64,000 nucleotides of DNA from Paenibacillaceae bacterium (GTDB lineage: Bacteria > Bacillota > Clostridia > Lachnospirales > Lachnospiraceae). The position numbers and the translations under genes are program-made. Below the pieces are notes generated by a model, which searched no databases, was not told where the DNA came from, and saw nothing but the letters and a program-made list of their open reading frames with translations. Positions within the stretch are counted from its first letter, which is position 1. Every line of letters starts with the position of its first letter. Shown here in pieces: positions 40,409 through 49,540 of the stretch. The stretch covers positions 849 through 64,848 of the forward strand of contig SVDU01000016.1 of NCBI GenBank assembly GCA_015057705.1, read 5' to 3'.

Positions 40409-40460
40409 AAAAACGGATAAGAATAAGAGGCTAATATGCCACATATTCTTATCCGTTTTT
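40409..40460 (-). terminator. Bidirectional-looking intrinsic terminator
   Basis: AAAAACGGATAAGAAT...ATTCTTATCCGTTTTT, 16-bp perfect stem. Confidence 0.8.
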
Positions 40461-40471
40461 ATTGTTACAGA

Positions 40472-40750
40472 CTACACCCAAAATAAAATTATATCAACTA
40501 CAAAAAATGCCACAATAATTGCTACCTTCTTTGCTGTTGAGCTTCTATTCTGTTCACTAAATATATTCTGAGCTATAATGGTTAATAACAAAATATTATA
40601 TGCCAACATAGAAATCCGTTCACTCCAAATATATTTTAAATAAATGTCATTTGGTAAAAAAGATTTCAGATCAGATATTGGCAGGATTAAGAAACTAAAT
40701 CCAATACTTATAAGAATTAATAATATAAAAATATATTTTTTAATTTTCAT
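40472..40750 (-). CDS. Small hypothetical membrane protein (92 aa)
   Basis: RBS AGGAGG, hydrophobic helices; the diverged in-frame paralog at 20380-20600 supports coding status. Confidence 0.75.
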   Translation of the reverse strand: MKIKKYIFILLILISIGFSFLILPISDLKSFLPNDIYLKYIWSERISMLAYNILLLTIIAQNIFSEQNRSSTAKKVAIIVAFFVVDIILFWV

Positions 40751-40954
40751 TTAAAGTTCCTCCTGCTTTTAATGTTAACATCATCCGCCTGATGCCTTTG
40801 AGTGTAAGAACTTATATAATATCCAAAAGCATCATAATATTTAATTGTATCGTGATAGTAATGAGTATAATATGAATTATCGGACTTAAAATAAACCTCA
40901 TTTACTTGTGCGCTTTCTCTTCATAACTAATATCACTTTACTTTTCTATTTTCT

Positions 40955-41431
40955 CTAATTATTATTCTGACTGCATTTAACAGCATCAATGGCAAGCACC
41001 ACCATCAATGATAACAACGCATCCCGTTCTTCCTCCACATCAATGATATACGTATCCGTAAAGCGGAGAAGCTGTTTTTCTATCTGTGCCACAACGCGCC
41101 CCTCTCTGGAGTAAATGGAATAATCCCATTCAAAAAAATCGCCTTTTACTTCCCAGCCATTACAGTCGATATGAAAGGATGGTCTGAAAAATGTAAACTC
41201 CTTTGTTATTGTACCTACCGTTTCATCATTAATAAGAATGTAAAAACGGGGAAGAAACGTAAATATCTGCTCCTTTAAAGTAGCCAGATGACTCCCGTTT
41301 TTATCATAGATTTCCAGTTTATGTCCCCATGCAGGCTTTCCGCTGACAGTAAAAACGCATCTGCCTTCCTCATCATAAATGTCATAACTGTCAAACCAGG
41401 AAAAAAAGCGTTGTTTAAACATTAACTTCAT
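40955..41431 (-). CDS. LURP-one-related/scramblase (YxjI-like) protein
   Basis: MKLMFKQRFFSWFDSYDIYDE...W.VKGDFF.WDY pattern. Confidence 0.8.
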   Translation of the reverse strand: MKLMFKQRFFSWFDSYDIYDEEGRCVFTVSGKPAWGHKLEIYDKNGSHLATLKEQIFTFLPRFYILINDETVGTITKEFTFFRPSFHIDCNGWEVKGDFFEWDYSIYSREGRVVAQIEKQLLRFTDTYIIDVEEERDALLSLMVVLAIDAVKCSQNNN

Positions 41432-41475
41432 TGTCTGTTCTCCTTTTCTACTTTTTCGCTTACTTTCTCTTATCC

Positions 41476-42351
41476 CTATAGCCAATCAGCCATATTCTCT
41501 TTTAGAAATTTAATCTCACGGATATAAAACTGCTGATGTCCTGATTCTTTCATCTTATTAAATGCTTTATTTCCTTTTTGGCATTCATCGTCAAAAAGCT
41601 TCACAAGATCCTGCAACCGTAGTATCAGAATCTGCAAAACCTCATTGGCATCCATCATGCCATAGCTGTCAAGAAATTCCTGAAGCAGCAGTTTCCTCTC
41701 CATACTGTCTGTTGATTTGCTGTATCTGCGATATTGTCTGGTATTTATATCATATACTTCTTCGCTAAGTGGCACAAATCGGTAAACAGCATAAGCAACA
41801 TCCCATACCCTTGGAGCGGGGCATGCCGTATCAAAATCAATTAACCCTACGGGCTTTAAATCTTGAAATGTAACATTATACGGTGCAAAATCATTATGGC
41901 AGATCACTTCTTTCTGTAATCCGCCTTTATATTCTAAAAACCAGATATCGTCCGGATTCTGTATAAAATCAACAGTGCCATCGTGGAATTTTCTAAGCAT
42001 TTCTGCTGCCATCCGAACCGTTGTAATTTTCTTACTGATCTCGTTTTGTATGGGATAATCATCCATTGTTTCACCCTCTACAAAGCTTAACATCTCCATA
42101 TTATCCTCATTCATTCCAAGAAAGCGAGGGGCAAACCCGATCCCTTTTTCTTCCAGATGCAATAACAGTCTGTGTACGGATTTACTTTGCGGCTTTAAGT
42201 CTCTGTAAACCACCGTGCCATCACTGAAAACCTCTGAAATATTCCCTTTCTTCAAAGCTACCTTTTCATTATTAAATTCTTCTCTCACACCAATCCCCCA
42301 AAACGCATTCTTCACACTTAGCCTTTCTGGCTGTGCAAACCTCTCTTCCAT
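41476..42351 (-). CDS. Aminoglycoside-phosphotransferase-like kinase (start uncertain)
   Basis: ICHNDFAPYN and GLIDFD Brenner-type motifs; 5' part overlaps nth. Confidence 0.8.
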   Translation of the reverse strand: MEERFAQPERLSVKNAFWGIGVREEFNNEKVALKKGNISEVFSDGTVVYRDLKPQSKSVHRLLLHLEEKGIGFAPRFLGMNEDNMEMLSFVEGETMDDYPIQNEISKKITTVRMAAEMLRKFHDGTVDFIQNPDDIWFLEYKGGLQKEVICHNDFAPYNVTFQDLKPVGLIDFDTACPAPRVWDVAYAVYRFVPLSEEVYDINTRQYRRYSKSTDSMERKLLLQEFLDSYGMMDANEVLQILILRLQDLVKLFDDECQKGNKAFNKMKESGHQQFYIREIKFLKENMADWL

Positions 42352-42895
42352 GATAAATCAGCTGAAAATTAATCCGGTTCCAGTGTTCCTCAGGTAATAC
42401 CTTTTGAAGTTCCTGTTCCACTATTACCGGATTCTTCCCCTCTGCCCAGCCTAGCCGCCTGGATATCCGGAAAACATGGGTATCTACCGTAACTCCGGGA
42501 ATTTCATACGCATCGGCAAGAAACAAAGTGGCTGTTTTCCGTCCCACTCCCGGCAGCTTTAACAGCTCCTCTATTTCTGACGGAACCTCACCATCATATT
42601 CATTTACAATCTGAGTGCAGCATTTCTTTAAATTCTTCGCTTTATTCTTATAAAGGCCAATGGATCGGATGGAAGCCTCAATCTCTTCCAGAGGTGCATC
42701 TGCCAGCTGGGCTGCAGTCTGAAACCGTTTGCAAAAGTCAGGCAGCACCTCTTCTACCTGCTTATCTGTACTCTGTGCACTAAGCATAATCGCTGCAAGC
42801 AGCTGCCAGGGCTGATTATGATAAAACCCTTCTTTTGTAACTCCGTATACGTCATCCAGCTTTTTAAGAATTGCACCAATGTTATCTTCTGTCAT
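42272..42895 (-). CDS. nth: Endonuclease III
   Basis: LSAQSTD, LPGVGRKTA HhH, VDTH, C-x6-C-x2-C-x5-C Fe-S motif. Confidence 0.93.
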   Translation of the reverse strand: MTEDNIGAILKKLDDVYGVTKEGFYHNQPWQLLAAIMLSAQSTDKQVEEVLPDFCKRFQTAAQLADAPLEEIEASIRSIGLYKNKAKNLKKCCTQIVNEYDGEVPSEIEELLKLPGVGRKTATLFLADAYEIPGVTVDTHVFRISRRLGWAEGKNPVIVEQELQKVLPEEHWNRINFQLIYHGREVCTARKAKCEECVLGDWCERRI

Positions 42896-42900
42896 CTGCT

Positions 42901-44166
42901 TTAGTCCTTTCCTCTCTTTTTTCCAGGGGAAATTTCATCAGGAGCAAATAGCTTTATAATTCCGTATTCCCCGTCATAACCTGGTATTCGTTCCACTTTT
43001 CCTTCCCGCAGCCGGCTCACCCCTTCTGCAATCATAGGATCTGATATCTTTCTGATGTCTTCCAGGGGAACCTCTCTTACTATATCAAATTCTGATCCCA
43101 GCCCACGCAGCAGTTCAAAGTACTGATTTTGAACCTTTTTACTTGCTGCAGAATAACCAAGGCAGGCAGCGATCACCTCCGGCAGCGGAACCAGACTCTC
43201 AAACGGCTTTCCCTGGGGTAATACAAAGCCCTCACCCCGGTCAGACAGCTGCTTAATCCGGTTGGATACTCCCATGGTCAGTTTTCCACCGCACACCGGG
43301 CACCTGCCGGAATGCTGTTCTGCCTCAGAAGGTGAAAAGCAGATCCCGCATTTTCTGTGACCGTCGTGGTGGTATTTTCCTTCTTCGGGGAAGAATTCAA
43401 TGGTTCCCATTAATCCACTGCCACTGGTTAAAGCATGAGAAAGTCCGTCAAAGGACAGTTCGATGTCCAAAAGGCTGGCTTCCCTGCCAAGCTTTCCAGG
43501 CGAATGAGCATCGGAGTTGGAAATCAGCTGAAAACGATCCAGCGCCGATATGCTCCAGATCATGGAGGGATCAGAAGAAAGTCCGGTTTCCAATGTATGG
43601 ATATGAGGAGTCAGATCTTCGAAACACTCTTCTATGGTATCAAAACCGGAGCATGCTCCGAACAAGGAGAAATGGGGCGTCCAGATATGGGCGGGGATAT
43701 AAACCGCCCCGGGATCTGTTTCCAGCATCATCTCCAGGAGATCGTGGCAGTCAAGTCCTAAGATGGGTCTGCCGTCCGAACGGATATTGCCCACAGCCTC
43801 AAGCTTTCCAGAGAGTTCCTCTGCCCCATGAAGTCCCGACAGGAGAAGAAGGCTATGTACCTTTCTGGTCTTCCCGTTCTTTTTATAAATAGAACTGATT
43901 TCTCCGGAAATAACAAAGCGGGGGATCAGGGAACCGAAGGAGTTTTCTCCCTCCAGACGGTACTCTTCCTTTAACACATAAAGCCCTTCTTCCGCCGGAA
44001 TCAGTTTCTCTTTTAGTTCTGCTCTCCATGCCGGATGCGTAAAATCACCGGTACCCAGAATTCCGATTCCTTTTCGTCTGGCCCAAAGATCCAGCTGCTC
44101 CGGTGTGCAGTCCCTGCTGGTCGCCATGGAATACCTGGAGTGGATATGTAAATCTGCTATGTACAT
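42901..44166 (-). CDS. Endonuclease Q family (PHP domain, YqxK-like)
   Basis: DLHIHSRYS, GTGDFTHP, AHIWTP, SNSDAHS, GKYH.DGHRKC, CPVCGG. Confidence 0.85.
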   Translation of the reverse strand: MYIADLHIHSRYSMATSRDCTPEQLDLWARRKGIGILGTGDFTHPAWRAELKEKLIPAEEGLYVLKEEYRLEGENSFGSLIPRFVISGEISSIYKKNGKTRKVHSLLLLSGLHGAEELSGKLEAVGNIRSDGRPILGLDCHDLLEMMLETDPGAVYIPAHIWTPHFSLFGACSGFDTIEECFEDLTPHIHTLETGLSSDPSMIWSISALDRFQLISNSDAHSPGKLGREASLLDIELSFDGLSHALTSGSGLMGTIEFFPEEGKYHHDGHRKCGICFSPSEAEQHSGRCPVCGGKLTMGVSNRIKQLSDRGEGFVLPQGKPFESLVPLPEVIAACLGYSAASKKVQNQYFELLRGLGSEFDIVREVPLEDIRKISDPMIAEGVSRLREGKVERIPGYDGEYGIIKLFAPDEISPGKKRGKD

Positions 44167-44267
44167 TCATTCACCTGCTTTAGTCAATATAGAATCGATT
44201 ATACCCTGCTTCCCACCCTCACGCAATAAGTAATCTCTTCCTGTTTTTTTCCATAGAGAAAGGGGCA

Positions 44268-44684
44268 TTATCTGCCCCTGTGCTTCTCCTTTTTCTTTTG
44301 CTGTTTCTGATCAAACTTTTGCTGTGCTTTTGCCTCCCTTGCTTCACGGGATAAAAGCTTCCGCGCCAGTTTTCCCTCTTCCTGCTGCAACTTCAGCGCC
44401 TGCTGGGATTTCGTACTGATTCCTGTGTTTTGGATCTGCCTGCGGACTTCCCGCAAAATCCGTTTGGGATTCTTACTACTTTCTTTTACAGCAGCTTCAA
44501 CAGCCGGACTAAACCTCAGCCTGTAGTAATTCTTAAGAAGGAACTCATTTACCTCAAAATCCCTGGGCTCTGGGCCGAATGTAACTTTGCTTACAAACAG
44601 TTTTCCATCCACTTCCCGCTCCAGAATGCCCACCCAAAAGGGCTCCTCAAAAAATACTGAAAATCCAACCGAAACCTTGTCCAT
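44268..44684 (-). CDS. yjdF: YjdF (DUF2992) family protein
   Basis: VFFEEPFWVGILER, TFGPEPRD, KNPKR, STKSQQAL, KKKEKHRGR. Confidence 0.88.
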   Translation of the reverse strand: MDKVSVGFSVFFEEPFWVGILEREVDGKLFVSKVTFGPEPRDFEVNEFLLKNYYRLRFSPAVEAAVKESSKNPKRILREVRRQIQNTGISTKSQQALKLQQEEGKLARKLLSREAREAKAQQKFDQKQQKKKEKHRGR

Positions 44685-44713
44685 AACAATTCCTCCTATT
44701 CTTGTTTCGACAA

Positions 44714-44822
44714 AGAACGGACGACCAGGAGGAGGGTTACTTAGAAACGGAGGTAAACCGTTTCCGTCCGGACTACCAACCGGATCTCCATGACAGATGC
44801 CATGGGCTGTGTTTTTATCTTT
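44714..44822 (-). ncRNA. yjdF motif riboswitch (azaaromatic-binding)
   Basis: Minus strand ATAAAAACACAGCC...GGTTGGTAGTCC...AGTAACCCTCCTCCTGGTCGTCC directly upstream of yjdF; extended -10 TGnTATAAT at 44832-44840. Confidence 0.85.
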
Positions 44823-44837
44823 GCTTTCTAAATTATA

Positions 44838-45263
44838 TCATTTCTGTGAAGATATTAAAAGATTTTCATTTCCAATAATGGCCAGCACTTCATCCAGCAG
44901 AAGAAGACAGCCGTCATAAATTACCTTTATCCCCTCGCCACTTAGTCCGTCCACATGAATCCCGCAGATACAGACTGTGGTATGATTGGATTTAACCGCA
45001 ATTTTTTCCGCATAAATCCTTGCCAGTACATCATCTTTATGACCCAGACAGTTTAAAACGGAAGAAGTCGTGCTCAATCCATCTCCTGTCAGGCTGGCTC
45101 TTGGAATTGACAGAACGGTACTGCCAATATGAGGGATATCTCCGCCGTACAGCAAAACCGTCAGATCCTCTCCCATTGGAATGACGTCACAGCAGATGTT
45201 AACTTTATTAATTACTTTTTCAAATGTTATCATTGAAAACCTCTCTAAACCAACTACTCCCAC
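44838..45263 (-). CDS. lpdD: LpdD-like prenylated-flavin chaperone
   Basis: GGDIPHIGS, GHKDDVLA, CICGIHVD; in ubiD/ubiX operon. Confidence 0.7.
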   Translation of the reverse strand: MGVVGLERFSMITFEKVINKVNICCDVIPMGEDLTVLLYGGDIPHIGSTVLSIPRASLTGDGLSTTSSVLNCLGHKDDVLARIYAEKIAVKSNHTTVCICGIHVDGLSGEGIKVIYDGCLLLLDEVLAIIGNENLLISSQK

Positions 45264-45820
45264 CTCTTAAATCCGGGAACAAAAATCCCTGCTGCATCTA
45301 AAATTTTACAGGCCAGATGAAAATTTACGTCCTCCAGAGACTTGGGTCTGCTGTAATAAGAAATAAACGGAGGCAGTATTGTAACATTCTGAACACCGGA
45401 TAAATACTCCATATTTCTTAAATGAATCTGGCTGAGCGGGGTTTCTCTTGTCACTAATATGAGACGGCGTTTTTCTTTGATTGTCACATCTGCAGCCCGA
45501 AGCAGCAGATTATCAGAGTAACCGTTTGCGATTCCTGCCACTGTCTTCATACTGCAGGGAACCACGATCATGCCTTCTGTCCGAAAGGTACCGCTGGCTA
45601 TGGAATCACCAATATCTTTGCAGTCGTAACACACATCTGCCAGTCCAGTAAATTCTTCCAGCGACATATCTGTCTCATGTAAAATCGTCTCCCCGCCGCC
45701 TCTGCTGATAACCAGATGAGTTTCATATTCCGGGATTTTTTTAAGTTCCTTTAAGCAAACCTCTGCCAGTGGGGCGCCACTGGCCCCGCTGACAGCAAGT
45801 ATAATCCGTTTCTTCTCCAT
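45254..45820 (-). CDS. ubiX: Flavin prenyltransferase UbiX/LpdB
   Basis: AVSGASGA, IASGTF, PCSMKT, RAADVTIKEKR, RETPL. Confidence 0.93.
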   Translation of the reverse strand: MEKKRIILAVSGASGAPLAEVCLKELKKIPEYETHLVISRGGGETILHETDMSLEEFTGLADVCYDCKDIGDSIASGTFRTEGMIVVPCSMKTVAGIANGYSDNLLLRAADVTIKEKRRLILVTRETPLSQIHLRNMEYLSGVQNVTILPPFISYYSRPKSLEDVNFHLACKILDAAGIFVPGFKRWE

Positions 45821-45824
45821 AGAC

Positions 45825-46553
45825 TTATAACAGGCTCAAAATTACATGAGACCAGAAATAGGAAAACGGCATAACAAGAACCATGGCAGGCAGCATATTT
45901 GCTATAGGAAATGATTTGATCCCTGAAATACGAAGTCCAGTAGCCAGCATTAATATACCGCCGCATGCGGTAAAGTCATTCAGCATTTCCTTTGTTGTCA
46001 TAGGCATGATAAAGGTAGCGCTGAGAAACAGCGTCAAAAGTACAATAAACTGCGGAACACATACAGTGCACGTAATAAATCCAAGGCTTGCTGCAAAAAT
46101 ACCAGCTGTAAAAAAATCAAGGATTGACTTGGAGAACAGGATCGTATGATCCCCAGTCATTCCCGCCTGCAATGCGCCGAAAATACCGGTTCCGCTGGCA
46201 CAAAACAGGACCACGATGCTGACAAGCCTCTGCATGAATTCCTCCTGGCTTAACCCAGCACCTTTTCCGGTAAATATCTTTGAAATAGGAGCCTGCACTT
46301 TCTGGGCTGCAGCTGAGATCCCCCACTCCAGATGAATCAGTTCACCAATTGCAGTTCCAATAATTACCGCAAACACGACAGCAGGAAGATACGTCAGTTT
46401 TACGATAGAAGCGATTCCCATAGACATGGAAGCGACTCCGAAGATCAACGTGAGGTTATCACGAAGATGACCAGGTATTTTATTTCCTAATAAAGCTCCG
46501 GCAGCGCCGCCTGTCAGCACTGCCAGACTGTTAACAATTACTCCGATTGGCAT
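45825..46553 (-). CDS. DUF554 family membrane protein
   Basis: GVIVNSLAVLTGG, LFCASGTGIFG, KSILDFF, NMLPA. Confidence 0.85.
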   Translation of the reverse strand: MPIGVIVNSLAVLTGGAAGALLGNKIPGHLRDNLTLIFGVASMSMGIASIVKLTYLPAVVFAVIIGTAIGELIHLEWGISAAAQKVQAPISKIFTGKGAGLSQEEFMQRLVSIVVLFCASGTGIFGALQAGMTGDHTILFSKSILDFFTAGIFAASLGFITCTVCVPQFIVLLTLFLSATFIMPMTTKEMLNDFTACGGILMLATGLRISGIKSFPIANMLPAMVLVMPFSYFWSHVILSLL

Positions 46554-46594
46554 ATGTATCCCTCTTATGTATTTAGTAAAAATCCAGTAACAAT

Positions 46595-48073
46595 CTAGTG
46601 AATATCCGGCACCCAGCGGGAAGGATCTACATCCATGAACTTAGCCCGTTTAAAACGACTCTTCTGGTCAAATGGAACGGTACAGTCAAAAATGGTTTTG
46701 CAGGCGATTCCATGATCTCTTATGGAAGGTGAGATCGTGGGATCGTTGGATGGATCCAGGGGATGACAGCGTACTCCCGGAATACATATAATACCGGAAT
46801 CTCCCTGCATACGGGTATTCATTGCCCAAATGACATCATTGATATCGAAGGGATCCACATCTTCATCAACAAGAAATACATGTTTTAATTCACTGAATGC
46901 TGAGAACGCAAGCAGTGCAGCCTGGCGTTGTCTTCCCTCATCACTGGGAATCTTTTTACAGAACTGAAGAACAGCCATATATTTTCCGCCGCCGCTTGAC
47001 GCACAGTATACATTCAGCAGCTTTCCAGGCATAGCCTTTTCCACCATCTGAATAATACTGGCTTCTGTAGGAATTCCTGCCATGCTTACATGCTCCTCGC
47101 TTGGTCCGATACAGGTCTGCATGATGGGATTAGTTCTGTGGGTCACTGCTTTTACCTTAATAACAGGGAGCTCCGGGTTGGCAGGACCTGTATAACCAGG
47201 AAATTCCGGCATGGCTTTCCCTGTGTTGGTATTCTGATCCTCTCTTACCCGCACTCCGGGGAGAAGTTCACCTTCTATTACATACTCTGCATTGGCTATG
47301 CATTTCTCATCTATGGTAATACAGGGAGTCAGTTCAACCGGCTCCTTGCGGATCGCCCCGGCAATCTCCAGCTCATTAAATCCCAAAGGAGTTGTAGGCG
47401 GTTCAAAACAGGAAGCAATTTCAATGGCAGGATCCACGCCGATGCTGATGGAGATGGGAAGGGGTTTCCCTGCTGCCTCTGCCTTCTCACGGAAAACGCT
47501 TAAATGTCTTGCACCCGGTACAAAGTACATGGAGATCTCGTCCTTACTCTGAATGCAAAGGCGGTGAATGGTAACATCAGAAATCTTTGTCTCCGGATCT
47601 GAGGCATAGCACATTCCTAATGTAATATAAGGTCCTGCGTCTTCTTCTGTATTGGTTGGAGCTGGAACCAATTTACGTAAATCAAAATCAGGATCAGTGG
47701 CATAATGAACCACTTCCTGGCATTTTGCTTCTTTCTGATCAATAACCACTGGTTTTATGGGATGGTTCACCGCTTCGTTTAACATATGCCCCAGTCGCTC
47801 CGGAGCCTCATTAAGCAGATATCCGACCCGTTTCCGGCTTGCCAGTAATCCAATCGCCACTCTTGCCCCCTCGTGACCGGTTACCTGATTAAATATCATG
47901 GCAGGACCTTCCTTCGTGGGGCGCATGACTGTACCGCCGGCACCCACATGGCGGTAAACGCCGGAGAGTTCCGCATGAGGATGAACTTCCACATCCGTTT
48001 CAATGAGCTGCCCCGGAATTGACGCCAAAAGCTCCAGGGATGAACGCAAATCATTCACTTTAATTTTTGACAT
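46595..48073 (-). CDS. UbiD family decarboxylase, gallate/protocatechuate type (LpdC/AroY-like)
   Basis: ELSGVYRHVGAGGTVMRPTKEGPAM N-terminal signature; EDAGPYIT, IHR, MPEFPGY. Confidence 0.88.
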   Translation of the reverse strand: MSKIKVNDLRSSLELLASIPGQLIETDVEVHPHAELSGVYRHVGAGGTVMRPTKEGPAMIFNQVTGHEGARVAIGLLASRKRVGYLLNEAPERLGHMLNEAVNHPIKPVVIDQKEAKCQEVVHYATDPDFDLRKLVPAPTNTEEDAGPYITLGMCYASDPETKISDVTIHRLCIQSKDEISMYFVPGARHLSVFREKAEAAGKPLPISISIGVDPAIEIASCFEPPTTPLGFNELEIAGAIRKEPVELTPCITIDEKCIANAEYVIEGELLPGVRVREDQNTNTGKAMPEFPGYTGPANPELPVIKVKAVTHRTNPIMQTCIGPSEEHVSMAGIPTEASIIQMVEKAMPGKLLNVYCASSGGGKYMAVLQFCKKIPSDEGRQRQAALLAFSAFSELKHVFLVDEDVDPFDINDVIWAMNTRMQGDSGIICIPGVRCHPLDPSNDPTISPSIRDHGIACKTIFDCTVPFDQKSRFKRAKFMDVDPSRWVPDIH

Positions 48074-48113
48074 AAAAAAATCCTCCTTTAATCGTTGATC
48101 GGCCGATAAGTAT

Positions 48114-48144
48114 ACTATGCACTATATTGCGGCTATACAGTCAA
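48114..48144 (-). promoter_or_regulatory. MerR-type promoter (19-bp spacer) of the decarboxylase operon
   Basis: TTGACT-GTATAGCCGCAATATAGTG-CATAGT with imperfect dyad ACTGTATAG/CAATATAGT. Confidence 0.65.
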
Positions 48145-48206
48145 GAGGATTTATACTATAATTAACGATAGAAAAATAATTGAATGTAACATCGAAAGGA
48201 TATAGT

Positions 48207-48693
48207 ATGAGAACTATGAATCAGAAGCAACGGGTTCTGATATGGAGTGCCCCGGTTCTTTGCATTTCCATGTTATTATTATTTCATAGCATTAATACCT
48301 TGTATTGCCACCTTTTTTGCCGTATTTAAAAATATTGCTCCAATTGCTGGTTTACAGGTTTTGATCCTTGCTCTGGTATTTGGAATGATAAACGGTACAT
48401 TGGAAGAGATGTTCTGGAGAGGGAATTTTAATAAGATTTTTAATGATCATTTGATTTGGGCTTATCTTTACCCATCGTTATTTTTTGGAATCTGGCATAT
48501 TGCATTATTCTCAGCAAAGGGTATCGTATACCAGGGCGGAGCTGGTTCCCTGGTTGGAGGTTCTCTTTTCATGGGACTCTTATGGGGGCTTGCTGCCTAT
48601 AAAACAAAATCTGTTAAAATTGTGACAGCAGCCCATATTATAACTAATTTTTTTGCTTTTACAGGTCTTATATACCAGAACTGGTTTATGTAA
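48207..48693 (+). pseudogene. CPBP (Abi/CAAX protease) family protein, probably frameshifted by internal deletion
   Basis: EEMFWRG, FGIWH, AHIITN motifs are in the 48247 frame, while the RBS-led start (48207, MRTMNQKQRVLIWSAPVLCISMLLLF) is in another frame and stops early. Confidence 0.6.
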
Positions 48694-49522
48694 GAAGTAC
48701 TTTTTTCTTTACGGGAATCTGCAGACAGCAGTAATCCACCTCATGTTCCGAATTATAAAATGTGGTATCCAACAGGCATAGGTCCAGAGCATCACCAATG
48801 ATTTCGTATCCCTGAGACTCTATCCATTCTTTAAGAGTAAAAAAATCATCTTTATAGTACGGAAAGGCGTATTTATACATGCAGGCGTATGTACCTCCCG
48901 AAATCTCCTCAATGCCCGGAAGGTTATACTCCTGTTCCGGAACCACAACAAAAATTCCTGCTCCTCTGTATAGATCCCCGGACTCAAACTGATTGCACCT
49001 GATCAAAGTTCCAAACCCACTGGACGGTACCATTCCCCAGTCAAAAATCTGATTCCACGCCCTCATCAGGGTGAGATGGAGAATATTTTTACATGGCTCA
49101 CCGGGGAAAGGCACAAAAAGAACTTTTCTTAGCCCAATCTCCTTTATATGGGGAGTATTAATGGGATGTTCTTCATGAAGCGCTTCATAAAACCGGATTC
49201 TGTGCTCCAGATGACTCTTCGTTTTATTCAGTTCCTGAATTTGCTTTTCAACTGATTCTTTCTGCAATTCCAGAAGATTGATCACTGTATCGGGGTTGCG
49301 GTTCTCAAAACTTTTCTTAATATCTTCCAGCTTCACCCCAAGCTTTTTTAACAGACAGATTTCTCTTAAAACAGGGATCTGGAAAACACTGTAAAACCGG
49401 TAACCATGTTCGTTGATGGTAACAGGTTTTAAAAGCCCGATATGATCATAATAAATAAGCGTCTGGCGGGTAAGGTGATGCAGTTTCGCCATCTCACTGA
49501 TTGTGACAATTTCATCTCCCAT
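48686..49522 (-). CDS. MerR family regulator (BltR/BmrR-like, GyrI-like effector domain)
   Basis: TISEMAKLHHLTRQTLIYYDHIGLLKP, GYRFYS; GGTYAC. Confidence 0.9.
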   Translation of the reverse strand: MGDEIVTISEMAKLHHLTRQTLIYYDHIGLLKPVTINEHGYRFYSVFQIPVLREICLLKKLGVKLEDIKKSFENRNPDTVINLLELQKESVEKQIQELNKTKSHLEHRIRFYEALHEEHPINTPHIKEIGLRKVLFVPFPGEPCKNILHLTLMRAWNQIFDWGMVPSSGFGTLIRCNQFESGDLYRGAGIFVVVPEQEYNLPGIEEISGGTYACMYKYAFPYYKDDFFTLKEWIESQGYEIIGDALDLCLLDTTFYNSEHEVDYCCLQIPVKKKVLLT

Positions 49523-49540
49523 TAAGCACTCCCCCCTCTA

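Noticed and set aside
43332-43892. 186-aa plus-strand ORF and the many other short antisense ORFs in the track
   Set aside because: Fully overlap well-supported genes on the opposite strand and have unnatural composition.
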